Shown piece by piece: positions 11,531 to 24,780 of a stretch of 64,000 bases of DNA. Both the position numbers and the translations under genes were made by a program. Within the stretch, counting starts at the first letter, position 1. Every line of letters begins with the position of its first letter. Origin of the DNA: Camelus ferus (Eukaryota). The stretch is taken from NCBI RefSeq assembly GCF_009834535.1, contig NC_045698.1:11286001-11350000 (forward strand), read 5' to 3'. The notes below the pieces were generated by a model. It saw nothing but the letters and a program-made list of their open reading frames with translations. It searched no databases and was not told the DNA's origin.

Positions 11531-13788
11531 GGTCTCACTGCACTGTGATGTTACAGAGGGGAAATCTAAGTATAAGCTTTAACGAGTCCTGGTTAGTCAA
11601 AAAGAGTTCCACTGCTTGTTAACTGTGTGATACCAGGCATCTTTCTGAATTATTTTCAGAAAGCATTTCCTCAGCTTGAAGTGGAGTTGTGAGAAGCAGC
11701 TTTGCAGATCAGGGTAGGCACTGGTGGTACTTCAATGCCTAGGGTCACTCCAGGATCAGCAGTGATGCCGTAAATGAGGCTGGGGCTATCAGAGTATCTG
11801 CACGTAGCTCATAGAATGCTTTACTTAACTTCTCGTTGGTTTAGCTCTTTTAGTGGATATCAACTCTTACATTATGGAAGCAAATAAATATAGGATGAGG
11901 TTTCTTGTAAAGTTTTAAGAAGGACCAGATCCAACTATTGACTACTTAAAAGTTTGTTGCAAGGAAATCAAAGTTATTAAGGGAAAATATTGAAACAATA
12001 ATCCACTTGTGGCAAGATCTCTGGAGACAGTTGAATTGTACATATAAAGTCTGAGGTTTCTGTTTGGAAAGGAAATTCACACTATGAACTATCCCATCAC
12101 TTGAGGAAGGAACTCCAATCAACAAAACTCACATGGTTTGGAATTTCACAGTTTACCATAAGAGTTTTTGGGTTTTACCCTAAGAAGACAAGCAGGGCAA
12201 GATTATTAGATTTCAGAGCTATAACAGAACTTCTCCTCCCCTCTCCTTTCGTTAACGTTTAACCTAATCTCTCTTGACCACAAAAATGCGCTTGATAATT
12301 ACTTCAGGTAATTTGGGTGTTTTGCCATGTGTGGGAGATTTTAGTGTTGCCTCATATTATCAGAAAGAGTTAAGTTTTCTTAGTTAACAGGAAGGTTTTT
12401 ATTTGCTCTGAGAGTATCACAACATTTCTTTCAGATAGATCGTTAGGATTCCAGGACTGACTTCTAGAAGGGCCCCTTGACTTCACAGTACTGCATCCAT
12501 GTCTGTTTCCAGTCTTTGCCACGTGAATGAACCTGAGGTCAAATGACTTTCCTGCAAGACCTCCTTGAACTGCAACAGACTGGGTCAGATGGATTATCTG
12601 CATTTATTTTGGAACACGCAATAAATCAGCAATCAGATGAATAATGCAGCAGTTGTAGTGCCAGGAATGGGATGTTAACGCCCTGAAAAAAATAATTGAG
12701 TCAAAATATACTTCATATTCAAAATATTAAGTGTTAATATTACTTACATATTAATTGGAGGTATTTTTGTCATAGTTGAACTTTAAGAAGCAGAATTTTT
12801 GTGATATATATTTGTACCCCCTGATTATTAAAAACTGCTATATTTGAAAGTTTTTCTCCTGAATTTAAGCAGTATCTGAAATTAATAGAGGGAAGAATAC
12901 AACTCATTATCTGGGAAATGTTAACAAATAAAACAATCTCATATTATCTCAATTTTTTGGATATTTTGGATCAAAGTGTTGGCCTGTAAAGGCCTGAGAA
13001 GTCTATTTAATTGCTTCCGTTGACTATTCCAATTAAGTTATGTAAGTGATCCAAAAAACTTCTTTACTTGCTGAGCTGAAATAGAAGGTCTTGTTTTGTA
13101 TGGTTATCTGTTTGGAGGAAGTCAGCAGCAGGAAACCATCTCTGTTGCTTAAGCCTGTTGTACCCTCTGCCCCTGCTCCTCTCAGTGGGCTTACATTTCC
13201 ACTATGGCTCATAGATTTGCTAGATTAAATGCCTACTAACATGCAGTCCATAAAATTCCCAGTCTGGGGGTCCTGAGCTGTCTACCATCTTACTAAGGGC
13301 ACTGTTGGAAGGATTCTGCGTGTGTTTTGATTGGTTTCAGTAGAACCATTCATTTTATCATGTGAATGTTCACTCCCTGCCTTGGATTAGATTTTTTTTT
13401 TTGGCATCGAACAGAAGCAATGTATGGTTGCTTTATACCTTCATTATTTTCATGGCTGTCAGCTGATAGAACTTGGCCACTAGAATGGAGTCTAGGATGG
13501 TGGCAGCATCACAAGGCTAAGAACACCAGGGAACACTAACCAAGACAGGGTCCTGATAAAAATTTCTACTGCTTCCAGCTGGCTGTTTGTACTTTCCATG
13601 AATCATATCCTCCATATGATTGACTATCTTCATATTCTCTCTCTCCAAGCTTCCTAGATCTGCCCTTCCCATCTGGAATTAAATGGCCCCATGTAGCACT
13701 CATTATTAAGTCTCAATATATCTCGTGTTCTTTGATGTATGTTGGAGCCAGTGATTCTTCTTAAAACCCTTCACTGACTTATTACATG

Positions 13789-14085
13789 CAATGACCTTTC
13801 CCCAACTGTGTTCCGTGTAGCAGTTAAATAACTACTGTTATTTATGTAATGTAACTATTACTCAAAAATTGTTCTTTGTCTCAGAACTGGGAAAAATATA
13901 AGTTGAGAATGGTTCTCTGTGCTGGATATAGGAAACTATAAATATAATAGTAAGAGTTGTGAATTCTCTGGGGTGGTGATGAGTTGCTTTTGTTTCTTTG
14001 TTTTTTAGTTTTTTTGTTTTTTTGTTTTTTACATAGAACACCTTCTCAGACTAGTGCTCCATGACACACACTTTGGGAAACAATG
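13789..14085. mobile_element. hAT-Charlie-type non-autonomous element
   Basis: Imperfect terminal inverted repeats: ttccccaactgtgttccgtg ... catgacacacactttgggaaacaatg. Confidence 0.5.
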
Positions 14086-14440
14086 GGCTCTAAGATAGTC
14101 ATAATTACCTTGCATGTCACACAGCTTTTGAAATTCACTTTCTGCTATTCTTGTCCTTTGTACGTTACATATTAGCCTTACCAGCCTACTTAACCTTCCC
14201 CCAAAAGACAACCCTGCTGATTGACCACATGATGTTTCCATCTTCCTAGATTATCCTTCTTCTCAGTTTATCCTTTCCTTCCAAGCCCTAAGCAAACTTC
14301 TACTCATCCTTTAAGATACAACTCAGGGAATCCCTGCTTCAGACAAGTATTCTCTGACAATCCCAAAACAGCACTCAGGAATCTATTTTCAGCTCTTCTT
14401 TGATGAATAGAATATTCACTTACTGAACGTAATTCACTTT

Positions 14441-14581
14441 TTTTTCTTTCTTTCTTTTTTTTATTGGGTTAGTCATTTTACAATGTTGTGTCTATTTCTG
14501 GTGTACAGCACAGTTTTTCAGTCGTACGTGAATCTAGATATATTCGTTTTCATATTCTTCACCGTGAGCTACTACAAGATG
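14441..14581 (-). mobile_element. Very short young L1 3' end with 17-bp TSD
   Basis: PolyT tail followed by L1 3'UTR antisense; TSD tgaacgtaattcacttt (14424-14440) / tgaacataactcacttt (14582-14598). Confidence 0.85.
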
Positions 14582-16037
14582 TGAACATAACTCACTTTTG
14601 AGTGCCGCTTTCAGGTGCTTAGCCCATGGTTTGACGATCCTTGGCTTCCTTGGTTCTCTTCCCTATCCCAGTTTTAAATAATTAACCCTTCTTCATATTT
14701 GCATCCCTAGTACCTACCAGAGCAGGAAATCAGTGTGTAATGGCTACATGCGTAGCCTTTGAATGTCTATAATGTGTTATGCTGTGATTGTTGAGGTTAC
14801 ACTTTTAACTGTGTTAATGTTTTCCCCCTACATTGTGTAGGCAGAGAGCGCTAAGTTGGGAAATCTGAGATCTCTCGTTTCTGTAATTAATCTTCAACAT
14901 GGCATCTAACTTGAGTCCCAGGTTGCCCATCCTTAAAATAAGACTGAAACAATCTTGGAGGTACTTTCCAGCTCTGAATTTCTGTGATACTAAATCATCT
15001 TTACAAACGTTCTTTAAGTAATGAGTTGGTCTGCAAGTGAGCTAGGGAAGACTTTGAGACATTTTTCTTTTTCACTTTTCTATTCTCATATCTGATTGAA
15101 CTAAAATCCTTTCTTGACCCTACTTTTTGATCCTTAAAATGCAGTACGATACTTGATGCCAAGCTTTTCAGTAGACTTTGTAATTTGAGAAGCAGAAAAT
15201 ATGGTTATGTGTTTAGAAAACAACAGCAAAGGTTTTTGGTTTTGTGTTTTTTAGAAATCTTACTCAAACTTTTCGGAACAATTTTTCTGATTCTTAGTGT
15301 CAATCTCAGACAGTTTTACTGAGAATATTTCCTATGAAGTTGAAAACACTGTAACTCAGTGAAATGTTTCATCATCTGTGATTTTCCCTGAAAGAGCTCA
15401 TCTGTGTGTTCCGAAGGCTTCTTACTTAAGGCTCCAATTACAGAAGTAGAACCATAGGTCACCGTGCTATAGGGCACTGCTCTCCAGGAGGGGTTGGCCA
15501 AGGAAAACACTTGTTTCAGCATTTGAAACAGAAGATGAAACAAATGCTTTTCAGCTAGGAGAAAGCTCATGAACTGGCCTTCAAGCAAATGTTCCACATG
15601 ATAAATCCTGACGGCAGTGGAAGCAGCTTGTCATTAAGTGTACTACGGGCGATCCCTGGTCTAGCACTCCACACCTGCCATTTTATATTCTTCTATTGCA
15701 AAGCCACAAATTAAATATGGTCCTTAACTTTAAAAGCAGCACCTTTTAATGCCCATGTTAAATTCTTGTGGTAAAAATGAAAATATAAAATACCTCTTTC
15801 ATGTTGGCTAAATTGTCATCATTTTCCTTATCATCATCAATATTAGTAAGTAAGATTTATAGCTCATCAGTACCATGGGATTGTTTTTGAAGTAGATTAT
15901 TGGTTATAAAGTATAATTACTGTCCTCAAGAAATTTCTAGATGGGAGAGATTTAGAATGGGTCAATAGCTATTTTTAAAGGTATGAGCTTTAATTCTTAT
16001 CTGTTTCTCAATGAGTTCTTTTTTAAGTTTAGGAAGA

Positions 16038-16770
16038 AATTTCTTTATTATGGTAAGAAGACTTAACATGGGATCTATCCTCTTAACAAAATTTTAAGTG
16101 TACGATACAGTACTGTTAACTGTAAGCTCTATGTTGTACAGCAGATCTTCAGAATTTAATGATTTTATGTAACTGAAACGCTATACCTTTTGACTAACAA
16201 TTCCCCAACCTCCCCCCACCTCCTGATAATCACCATTCTACTCTCTGCTTCTGTGTGTTTGACTCATATGATATCTCATGTAAGTGTAATCATACAGCAT
16301 TTATATTTCTGTGACTGGCTTATTTCATTTAGCATCATGTCCTTAAGATTCATGCATGTTAACACATACGACGGGACTTCTTTCTTTTTTTAAGACTAAG
16401 TAATATTCCATTGTGTGTGTATATATATCACAGTTTTTAATCTGTTTATCCAGGGAATGCAAATTAAAACCACAATGAGATAACCTTTCACACCTGTTAG
16501 GATGGCTCTTATTTAAAAAAGAGAAATATTGGTGAGGATGTGGAGAAATTGGAATCTTTATTCACTGTTAGAATGTAAAATGGTGCAGCTGCTGTGAAAA
16601 ATGGTATGGAAATTCCTGAAAAAATTAAAAATAGAAATACCATATGAAATACCAGCGATCCCACTTTGGATATTTATCCAAAAGAATTGAAATCTGAATC
16701 TTGAAGAGATATTTGCATTCCTCTGTTCATTGCAGCATTATTCACAATGGCCAAAGTACGGAAACAAGCT
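16038..16770 (-). mobile_element. L1MA-type L1 3' end with 5' inversion and TSD
   Basis: 16038-16450 is antisense 3'UTR; about 16452-16770 is sense ORF2 end. TSD agtttaggaaga (16026-16037) / agtttgggaaga (16771-16782). Confidence 0.85.
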
Positions 16771-17728
16771 AGTTTGGGAAGACTTTATTAAAAGTCATCG
16801 ATCAAAGTCAGGAACAAAATTTTTTAGTATAACAGCATATTTCAGCATATATGTCTCAGACCACCATGTGGATTTAGTTTCTGAGCTACCACTCTGGCCA
16901 ACGATTTTTTTTTAATAGGGAAGAAAGAAGAGGACAGTAGCAAATCCTGAATTTTTACTCCTCGTCTAGTCTATTGACCTAAACCCCTTCTCTCTTTGGC
17001 TTCATGTCCTCAGAAAGGTGATAGTGTGGAGGGCACCATTTATCTGGAACATTAAGTGTGCCAACCTTTCTGCAATGTTTTGGTCAAAAATGGGTGACTT
17101 TGTTCTCCCTCGGTCTTCTGCTCCTACGTGGGCGATGAAGCTGTCCTCCTGCCTCCATTGACAGTCTCGCCAAGCTGGCTGAGGGAGACTGAAGGGATAC
17201 ACATCACTTTATAGCCTTCTCGCTGCCAAGTTCTAGTCAGTTTCAGCAACATCATGTGAAAAGCTCCAAAGCAAATACAAGGTGAGGAAATCAAAATTAA
17301 ATTCATCTTCTCCAAGGATAAATAAAGCATGGATGCATTGCTCTTGAGCTTACAGGATGGAAATCAGAAAGGCTTTGCTTGGATTTCAGTGATACTGGTG
17401 TTCAGATTCCTGATTCTTCAGCCCAGAAAAGAGGCAAGATATAGACCAACAAAAATCTAGTTTCCTTAAGAGACTATACCTCAATAGTTGATACTGATAG
17501 GCAACTTCAAGATGATGTATGTGAATTATTCATCCTGTGAAACCAGCCACTGTTTGGAGAGGAGAGGAATTGAACTCTTTCTTTGAGTGTATTAATGTCA
17601 AAGAACAAAAGGACATTTGGATATCACATGATATCAAGCAGATGCAAATGGCTTTGAACTTCTAAGTCCTCATCTTTTTTTAACCTGAGATTTAAAATTT
17701 TTGTTCTTCTACCTTAACTATTTCTGCC

Positions 17729-17832
17729 TTTTTTAAATCAAATAATTGATTTACAATATTATATTAGTTTCAGGTGTACAACATAGTGATTCAATATTTT
17801 TATAGCTTATACTCCATTTAAAGTTATCCTAA
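17729..17832 (-). mobile_element. Short L1 3'-end fragment
   Basis: attgatttacaatattatattagtttcaggtgtacaacatagtgattcaat is the antisense L1 3' terminus. Confidence 0.8.
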
Positions 17833-19849
17833 AAGTCCTCATTTTTTATGAATTGAGAAAATTGGGGTGGGGCAGGGTCTTCTACTTTTGTTTTCTTCAG
17901 ATTCTTTGTTACCATACAGTTGACCATCCAAAATATTTTTGACCAATTCCTGGACTCTAGTTTTCTGACCAACATCTGACAGGCAGCTACAAACTATATG
18001 TATATATATAGCTACCTACTAACCTGTTTACAGAAACTGAATTATTTTGGATCAAGTTAATTGAAAAATGTTGGTTATTTTTTCATCAGCCCTCACTGAA
18101 AGACAAGATCAAAGAAAAACCTCAATTGATTTTACTAAATGTTGAGAAAATACCCTGTCTTGAAACTTAAGTTAACAGTGACTGGACTACTATGGATTGT
18201 AGCCCAGGGCATTGCTTCTTCACATCCTTAATTTAGATGTGATTACAATTCTTAATTATGGTTTTCCAGCTTGTTTTTTGAATGAGTTACACATCATTCT
18301 GAAGACTTTGCTAGGGGATTGTCTATATATTAATTAAGACTGGAAAATATACACATCCATAAGATACTGCACTGATTTCATTTTTTTTCAGAATTTTATC
18401 CCTCTCACACTCAAATACCTAAGCTAAAACATATTTCCTGAATATAATTGTGGAAAATTATATTTTTTTTCCTTAAAAAGAGTAATAAATACTGGAGTGC
18501 CAGTATCTCTTGGATACCTGAACACTTGAATGAAACTTTTAGTTAGTAACAGCTTGCTGGCTCCTGTTTTTGGCAAAGTCTTGAAGACTATGTACTGTTC
18601 CATAGAATCAGAGTTCATCAGCCACATCTAACAATTCAGTCATGAGAAAAAAGTGAGATGATGATAACACTGAAAATGGAATAAAAATACACATTTGCAT
18701 CATTTATGGAATTGAGAGACAAAGGAAGAAAGTTTATTTTTGTGCAATAAAAATATGGTCAAAACTCCGTACTGAATGTTTGGTGAAGCAGAAGGGTAGA
18801 TGACTCAATATAGATTTCTGTATAAAATTTCTAATAGGTGTTAGAAACAAGTTTTAATTGAACCTTCATTTGTCTATGGAACAAGTGTCCACTCACAATT
18901 ACATGCAATTTTGTCCAGTACTTTGGATATTCACTTCTGCAAACTACTGAGGCAAATGAGGACAAGGCTGCTGCTACATGATGTCTTTAGGTACATTTGA
19001 AAAAGGTAATTCTTCCTGAGACATTTTATTTCTAGTTGTTAGAAAATTATTCTAAGCATTAAGTTCATTAAAAAAGAAATATCACTGCCATCTTTTGGAA
19101 AATTGTTCTAATAAATAAACACTCATCACTGGAGGTGATGAAGTTATAATAAAAAACAGATGGCTTAGATGTGAATTATAACTCCTTAGATTTAGTGCCT
19201 TTGTGCAATACACAACCTGAACAACTGTACCAGTTAGCTATTCCAGGGGATAAATACTATCGAAGTCAGAAATTGGCTAGTTTCATCTTCCTAACCTATG
19301 GTCAAATAGAGAGGAAAGAACCAGGCTTAAATAGATCACATGGTATTTTACTGGTTGTGTTCAGATTTCAGTAGACTTCCAATTAACATATCAAAAGTAG
19401 AGGAAAACAGCTGTAAAGATGAGATGTCAGCCAGAAATAACTGGACAGGTAATTTGTGCTGAGTAAAAATTTGCACAAGCCCATTGCCATCATGAGTGTG
19501 AGCAAGCTTTAGTCTATGTCAGTGCTATTGAGCCAAAGGTGTGGATTTCTGAAAATGTATTAGGATGCCCTATTAGTGCATCATTTGCTGAATTCTGTTA
19601 ATTGCTTATACTTCGATATTGTGCTGAATGCTTTTTATATCTTTGTGAATGGCTATAATAATTCCATAAGGGTTATTGTTTTAGTTATTCCCGTCATTGA
19701 GGTGAGGATTTTGAAGCTTAGCATAGACACACTACTCTATGTGGAACCCAAAGTCCATGCCATTCCTGAGAATGTAAATGAAAAAAAAAAGATTAACAGC
19801 TTTTTTATGCGACAGCATGAATCATTTGGGAAAATGTAATTATTAAGAC

Positions 19850-20480
19850 ACAAACAAATGGGTATGCATAGGGTTTAAGAATAAATCTATCAACAAACAT
19901 GGGGATCAATGTGAAGAACATGACGAATCTGGTAGGAACATAAATTGGTACAACCTTTTTGGAGGGTAATTCGGCAATTTGTGTCAAAAGCTATTTATAA
20001 AAAGGCATACTCTCAAATTCATCAACTTCAGTGTGAGGAATTCATCCAAAAGATGTAATTAGCGAGCTAGCAAAGGATTCTCTACAGACTGATTCACTTT
20101 AGCATTGCTTCTGCTAACCACAACTGAAATAATATAAATATTCATCAATAGGAGATTTTGTAAAGCAAAGTGTATTCATATGCAGCTTTAAAAACAATCG
20201 TGCAGAAGAAACATTCTTTTGAAAATGTTCTCAGCATATTGAAAGATATTTAAAGGGCATTATTAAAAATGTGTGATTACAGATTTATCAAATTAAAAAG
20301 TATTTACACACTCACACACGTACAGAGAGAAAAGACTAGAATGGTTTATACAAACCTGTAAATAGTAGTTACCAATGGGTGGTGCAGTAAAGGGTTATGT
20401 TTATTTTTTCTGCTTTCGTGGACTTTCATTTTCTATTTTCTATAATAAACTGTATTACTTTTATAATCAAAAGAAGATGG
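19850..20480 (+). mobile_element. Old L1ME-type 3' end
   Basis: aaattggtacaacctttttggagggtaattcggcaattt, aaatattcatcaataggagatt and terminal tattacttttataatcaaaa. Confidence 0.7.
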
Positions 20481-20775
20481 TTCAAAAATATGGATTTAAT
20501 ATAACCATTTATCCTGTGATTATATTTGAACCAGATATGAAGGTGGGTTAACATTGGTTTTGTTTTTGTGTTTATCTCAGTTTTACATGTTCTTTTTGCC
20601 TTTGTTAGGAAATAGAGTAAGAACATAAGGAAAAGGAATTTTTTTTGAGGGTAGGACATAACTGGTACTGCCCAAGCAAGATGATTTCTCTCAAAGAATA
20701 AGAAATCTCTGCTTTGTCTCATTTAGACTAGACTTGGGTAAACACAGTGTGTCAGTCACCCAGATGATTCAGGTC

Positions 20776-21201
20776 TGCATTAGTCACACGATGCTAACTG
20801 TTGTAACAAACAACACCTAAAATATCAGTCACTTCATATAATAAAAGTTTATTGCTTGATTACATCATAGACCATTATGGTCAGAGTCAGGGGAGGAGGA
20901 GGGGAACTCTATTCCAGTGTCATTTAGACATTTGGGAACTCAGGCTTTGTCCATCATGGTCCACATGTGGCCTCTAAAGTTGACACAAAATAAGCGATAA
21001 TACTGAGGCTCCTGGAAGGTAGTTTATTGCCAGGCATGAGGTGGCCTCAGTCACCTCTCTTCACATGCTGTTGGCCAGAACTCAATCACATGACCTTACT
21101 TAAACTGAGTTGCAAAGGACCTGGGGAAATGTAGCCTCACTGTGTTTCTAGGAGGAAAACAAAGCAGGTCAGGTGAACATATAACATGTGTCACTATCAC
21201 A
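20776..21201 (-). mobile_element. MLT1K-like solo LTR
   Basis: Starts tgcattagtc...ctgttgtaacaaacaac; contains ttggccagaactcaatcacatg and ctggggaaatgtagcct. Confidence 0.7.
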
Positions 21202-22756
21202 TCCATCTAGTATACCAGGTAAAAAGGATTTTTTTTTTCTTTAATTACAGAGAATGTCATTTCAATACTCTATTTTACTTTGACATATAAGTGAAATATT
21301 GCTTTTAAATGTTATTCTAAGTAACTGGCTTAAAACCTTTTTAGAGTACATTGTTCTAAAACCTTTATATTCCAACTGAGAAAAAAGTATTTATCTAGGA
21401 GATGCCCAAGAACTTGATAACATATTTCCTCGACAGAACTCCCAAATGGCTGTTGGTTAAGGGGAAATATTTGTGCAGACTACAAACTTAACGGATGGAT
21501 AGAGTCTGTTACCCTCCGGCTTCCAAAGTGTTTATGTCTGATTGGAAACTCTTTAACTTGTATCAAAAACTGGAAAAACACTTTCGTGTCTGAGATTTTT
21601 CTATCTGTTGAAATTGGCAGTAAAAGAAATTTTGAGCATATGAAATTACCTGGTTCCATTTTTTGAATCTAAAGCTTTAGGTGATATCTGGGTGCAATAA
21701 ATAAACTGTAGCTCTAATTATCCTTTTAATAATGTTTACAGAAACCAAGGGCAGGTTGTAAATAGAACAGGAGAGCAAAATATAAGATGAAGGTATTATT
21801 GCTGATAATGACTTACTCTTTTGAAACATTGCAAGTTTCCGTTTCAAATGCAGAATTAAATCTCTGCTTCGGAGCACAGAGATGTAGTCTTTGGAGACTG
21901 AAAATTTGTCTCTTGTTTTTCTTGAAGCTCTCAACTCAGTAAGAATGGTTTATGGTTATTTTTAATTAATCTGCTGCAAATGTATCTATTCAAATGTTAC
22001 CATACCAAGGCACTTTGGGGTCACGTGGCTTTATACCTGGAATTGTGTGTGAAAGTGAGGCTGGGCCCTACCAGAGATGAACAACTTCTGGAAACCATGA
22101 AACCCGCTAGGGCCATGCCCTCAGTCACCCTAAGGCAGGACTCAGCAAGAATTGCCACCTAAGACTTCCGGACACACTGCATCTGCCTTCCAGTTTCCGT
22201 GAGTGAGTCCTCTCTTTAAGGAAATATAAACTCTGTATTCTGAGACACTAAAAAGAAGGTGGAAATTTTAATGTATTTGAGAAGGAAAGAAATTTGTTTC
22301 ACAGCAGAGGTCCCCCTCCACCTGCCTTTTAATGGCTGTAAAAAGTCAGCCGTAACAATGACATGTCCTGTTCCCCTCATAAAAGCATAGGCGGTGAGAG
22401 GCCTGGCTTTTAAAAGAGTTAAGTAGTTTTAGACTTAGAAAAACGATACTTCTCTTCAGTAATCCAGGTTAGAACAAAAATTGTTCAGCACATTATTTTA
22501 CCGAAATCCTCACCTTTCATGATTGTAATTTGTAGGACGTTGTAGGAAGTTGAAGTCCGTCACTTCAACATGTTTGGGTCTCTTAAACTTCAGTCTCCTT
22601 GTATGGAAAATGAAGACCCCGTGGTGCCTCTGAAGAGCTATATACAGAGTAAAATTTAAGAGCACAAAGCCCTTTTAAAATTTGACATGATGAAATAGTT
22701 TAGTAATTGCCGCACCATGATTGAGATAATTTAGACAATTTTCAATCCAGTGAAAT

Positions 22757-22840
22757 TTTTCAAAATTGAGATGGAAGTGACGTATAACATTATATTAGTT
22801 TCAGGTGTACAACATAATGGTTCAATATATGTATATGATG
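22757..22840 (-). mobile_element. Short L1 3'-end fragment
   Basis: gtataacattatattagtttcaggtgtacaacataatggttcaata. Confidence 0.65.
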
Positions 22841-22904
22841 TTATTCACATTTTTATCATAATATGCTGCCATTAGTCCATGCTCTCCACTCCTCACTCAT
22901 CCCT

Positions 22905-23305
22905 TCTTTCATCCATCCATTCATTCTCCATCAGTTACTGCTGATGTGGTTCTCATAAGTCATTGTGCTAACTTACGGGGGTGCATGAATGAATAAGACT
23001 AAGTACCTGCTCCCTGGGAATTTATGATCTGGTACAGGTGGCAGGTGAATGATGTTATGATACGTACTATGAGAAAGGTAGATGCAAAGTAGTACAGAGA
23101 CGAGGTAGATGATTTATCTAACTGAGCAGGGTGTGGGTCAGGTAAGGGTGGTGATTTGTCTATAGAAGTCATCAAGCTGTAGACTTTGTGAAGACAGGAC
23201 TGTCTTACTCACCTCAGTTTCTATCCCTCTGCTTACGGTGTGCTGCCTGACACTTAGGAGATGCTGATGTTGGATGAATTAGCGAGTGAGTGAACAAATG
23301 AATGA
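22905..23305. mobile_element. Two L2 3' fragments in opposite orientation
   Basis: catccatccattcatt...tgtgctaac...gaataagac (minus) and gactgtcttactcacc...gcctgacacttaggagatgct...gaatgagc (plus). Confidence 0.55.
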
Positions 23306-23866
23306 GCACTGTGATTTACTGTGCTTTGCAGGAAGTTAAAAGAGAAACAGGAAGATACTTCTGCCCTCAGAAATATTACATTTACAATGTGGTAAATGTG
23401 TTAGATTTATAACATATTTCATTTATAATTATATTATCATGCATTGTCAATAAATATTTGGTGCGAAGACAGAAATGTCCCCAACATGTTGTTGGCGAGA
23501 AAATTTACTAAATTCTCAAATTTCCTACTTGTAGGCTAAACAGACTTTTTTTCTGATTGAGACATTTAATAAGATCCCACCTTACCCAATACTTTACCTG
23601 ATAGCAGTAGTGATCCAGACAGAAGTATATCTTCAACAGCAATGGCAAAGCCTTCCTCTTGAGTATGAACAAATCATAAAACTCATGAATGCAGTTGGGG
23701 AAATCATTTTTCAAATGCTTATTTCAGGTGAAAGTAATGGGATCCGTATAGTTCAGATGTCAGAAAGAAATATGTTGGGGGGGTAGTAGACTTATTCCAT
23801 CTATTTCTTCCTTGCTGGCAAAACATAGGCTGGGCGTTTTGGAAGGCTGCAGAGCAAAGTGCAGGC

Positions 23867-24548
23867 TTTTTTTAAATTGAAGTAGAGTCAGTTCATAATG
23901 TGTCAATTTCTGGTGTACAGCATGATGTTTCAGTCATGCATATACATACGTATATTCCTTTTCCTATTCTTTTTCATTACAGGTTATGACGAGATATTGA
24001 GTATAGTACCCTGTGCTATACAGAAGAAATTTGTTGTTTATCCATTTTATATATAGTGGTTAGTATCTGCACATCTGAACTCCCAATTTATCCCTTCCCA
24101 CCCCTTTTTCCCCTTGGTAACCATAAGTTTGTTTTCTATGTCTGTGAGTCTGTTTTTGTTTTGTAAATAAGTTCATTTGTGGTTTGGTTTTTTTTTTTTT
24201 TTTTTTTTTTTTTAGATCCCACATGTAAGTGATACCATATGCTGTTTTTCTTTTTCTATCTGGCTTACTTCACTTAATGATGATCCCTAGGTCTATCCAT
24301 GTTGCTGCAAATGGCATTATTTTATTCTTTTTCATGGCTGAGTAGTATTCCATTGTATAAATATACCACAGCTTCTTTATCCAGTCATCTGTTGATGGAC
24401 ATTCATGTTGTTTCTATGTCCTGGCTATTGTAAATAGTGCTGCTATGAACATTGGGGTGCATGTATCTTTTCAAATTGGAGTTCCCTCTGAATATATGAC
24501 CAGGCGTGGGATTGCAGGCTCATATGGCAAGTCTATTTTTAGTTCTTA
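23867..24548 (-). mobile_element. Young 5'-truncated L1 3' end
   Basis: Same family as 8219-8942, antisense; internal polyT near 24190-24213; degenerate TSD aaagtgcaggct / aaaatgcagact. Confidence 0.92.
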
Positions 24549-24574
24549 AGAAAAAAATGCAGACTATTATTCAT

Positions 24575-24780
24575 CCCTGAGTTCAAATCCCAACTCTGCT
24601 CTTTATCGTAAATATGACCTTGGCCACTTCTCTGCTTTGTGCCTTAGCATGCTCATCTTTAAAAAGGGGTGAAGTGACTTCCTGGCAGGGTTGTTACCAG
24701 GATTCACTGAAAGAATACACGTGGAGAGCTGAGCACTGTGCCTGGCACACAGGGAGCACTCCATACATGCAGTTGTTGTT
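24575..24780 (+). mobile_element. MIR SINE
   Basis: ctgagttcaaatcccaactctgc B-box, tgaccttggcc core, cactgtgcctggcacacag end. Confidence 0.75.

Noticed and set aside
22549..22569. Small hairpin gttgaagt-ccgtc-acttcaac
   Set aside because: An 8-bp stem is expected by chance and is too short for a miRNA or snoRNA.
23598..23657. Minus-strand 60-bp exon-like segment (EGFAIAVEDILLSGSLLLS)
   Set aside because: Weak acceptor and donor, no recognised protein, and no partner exons.
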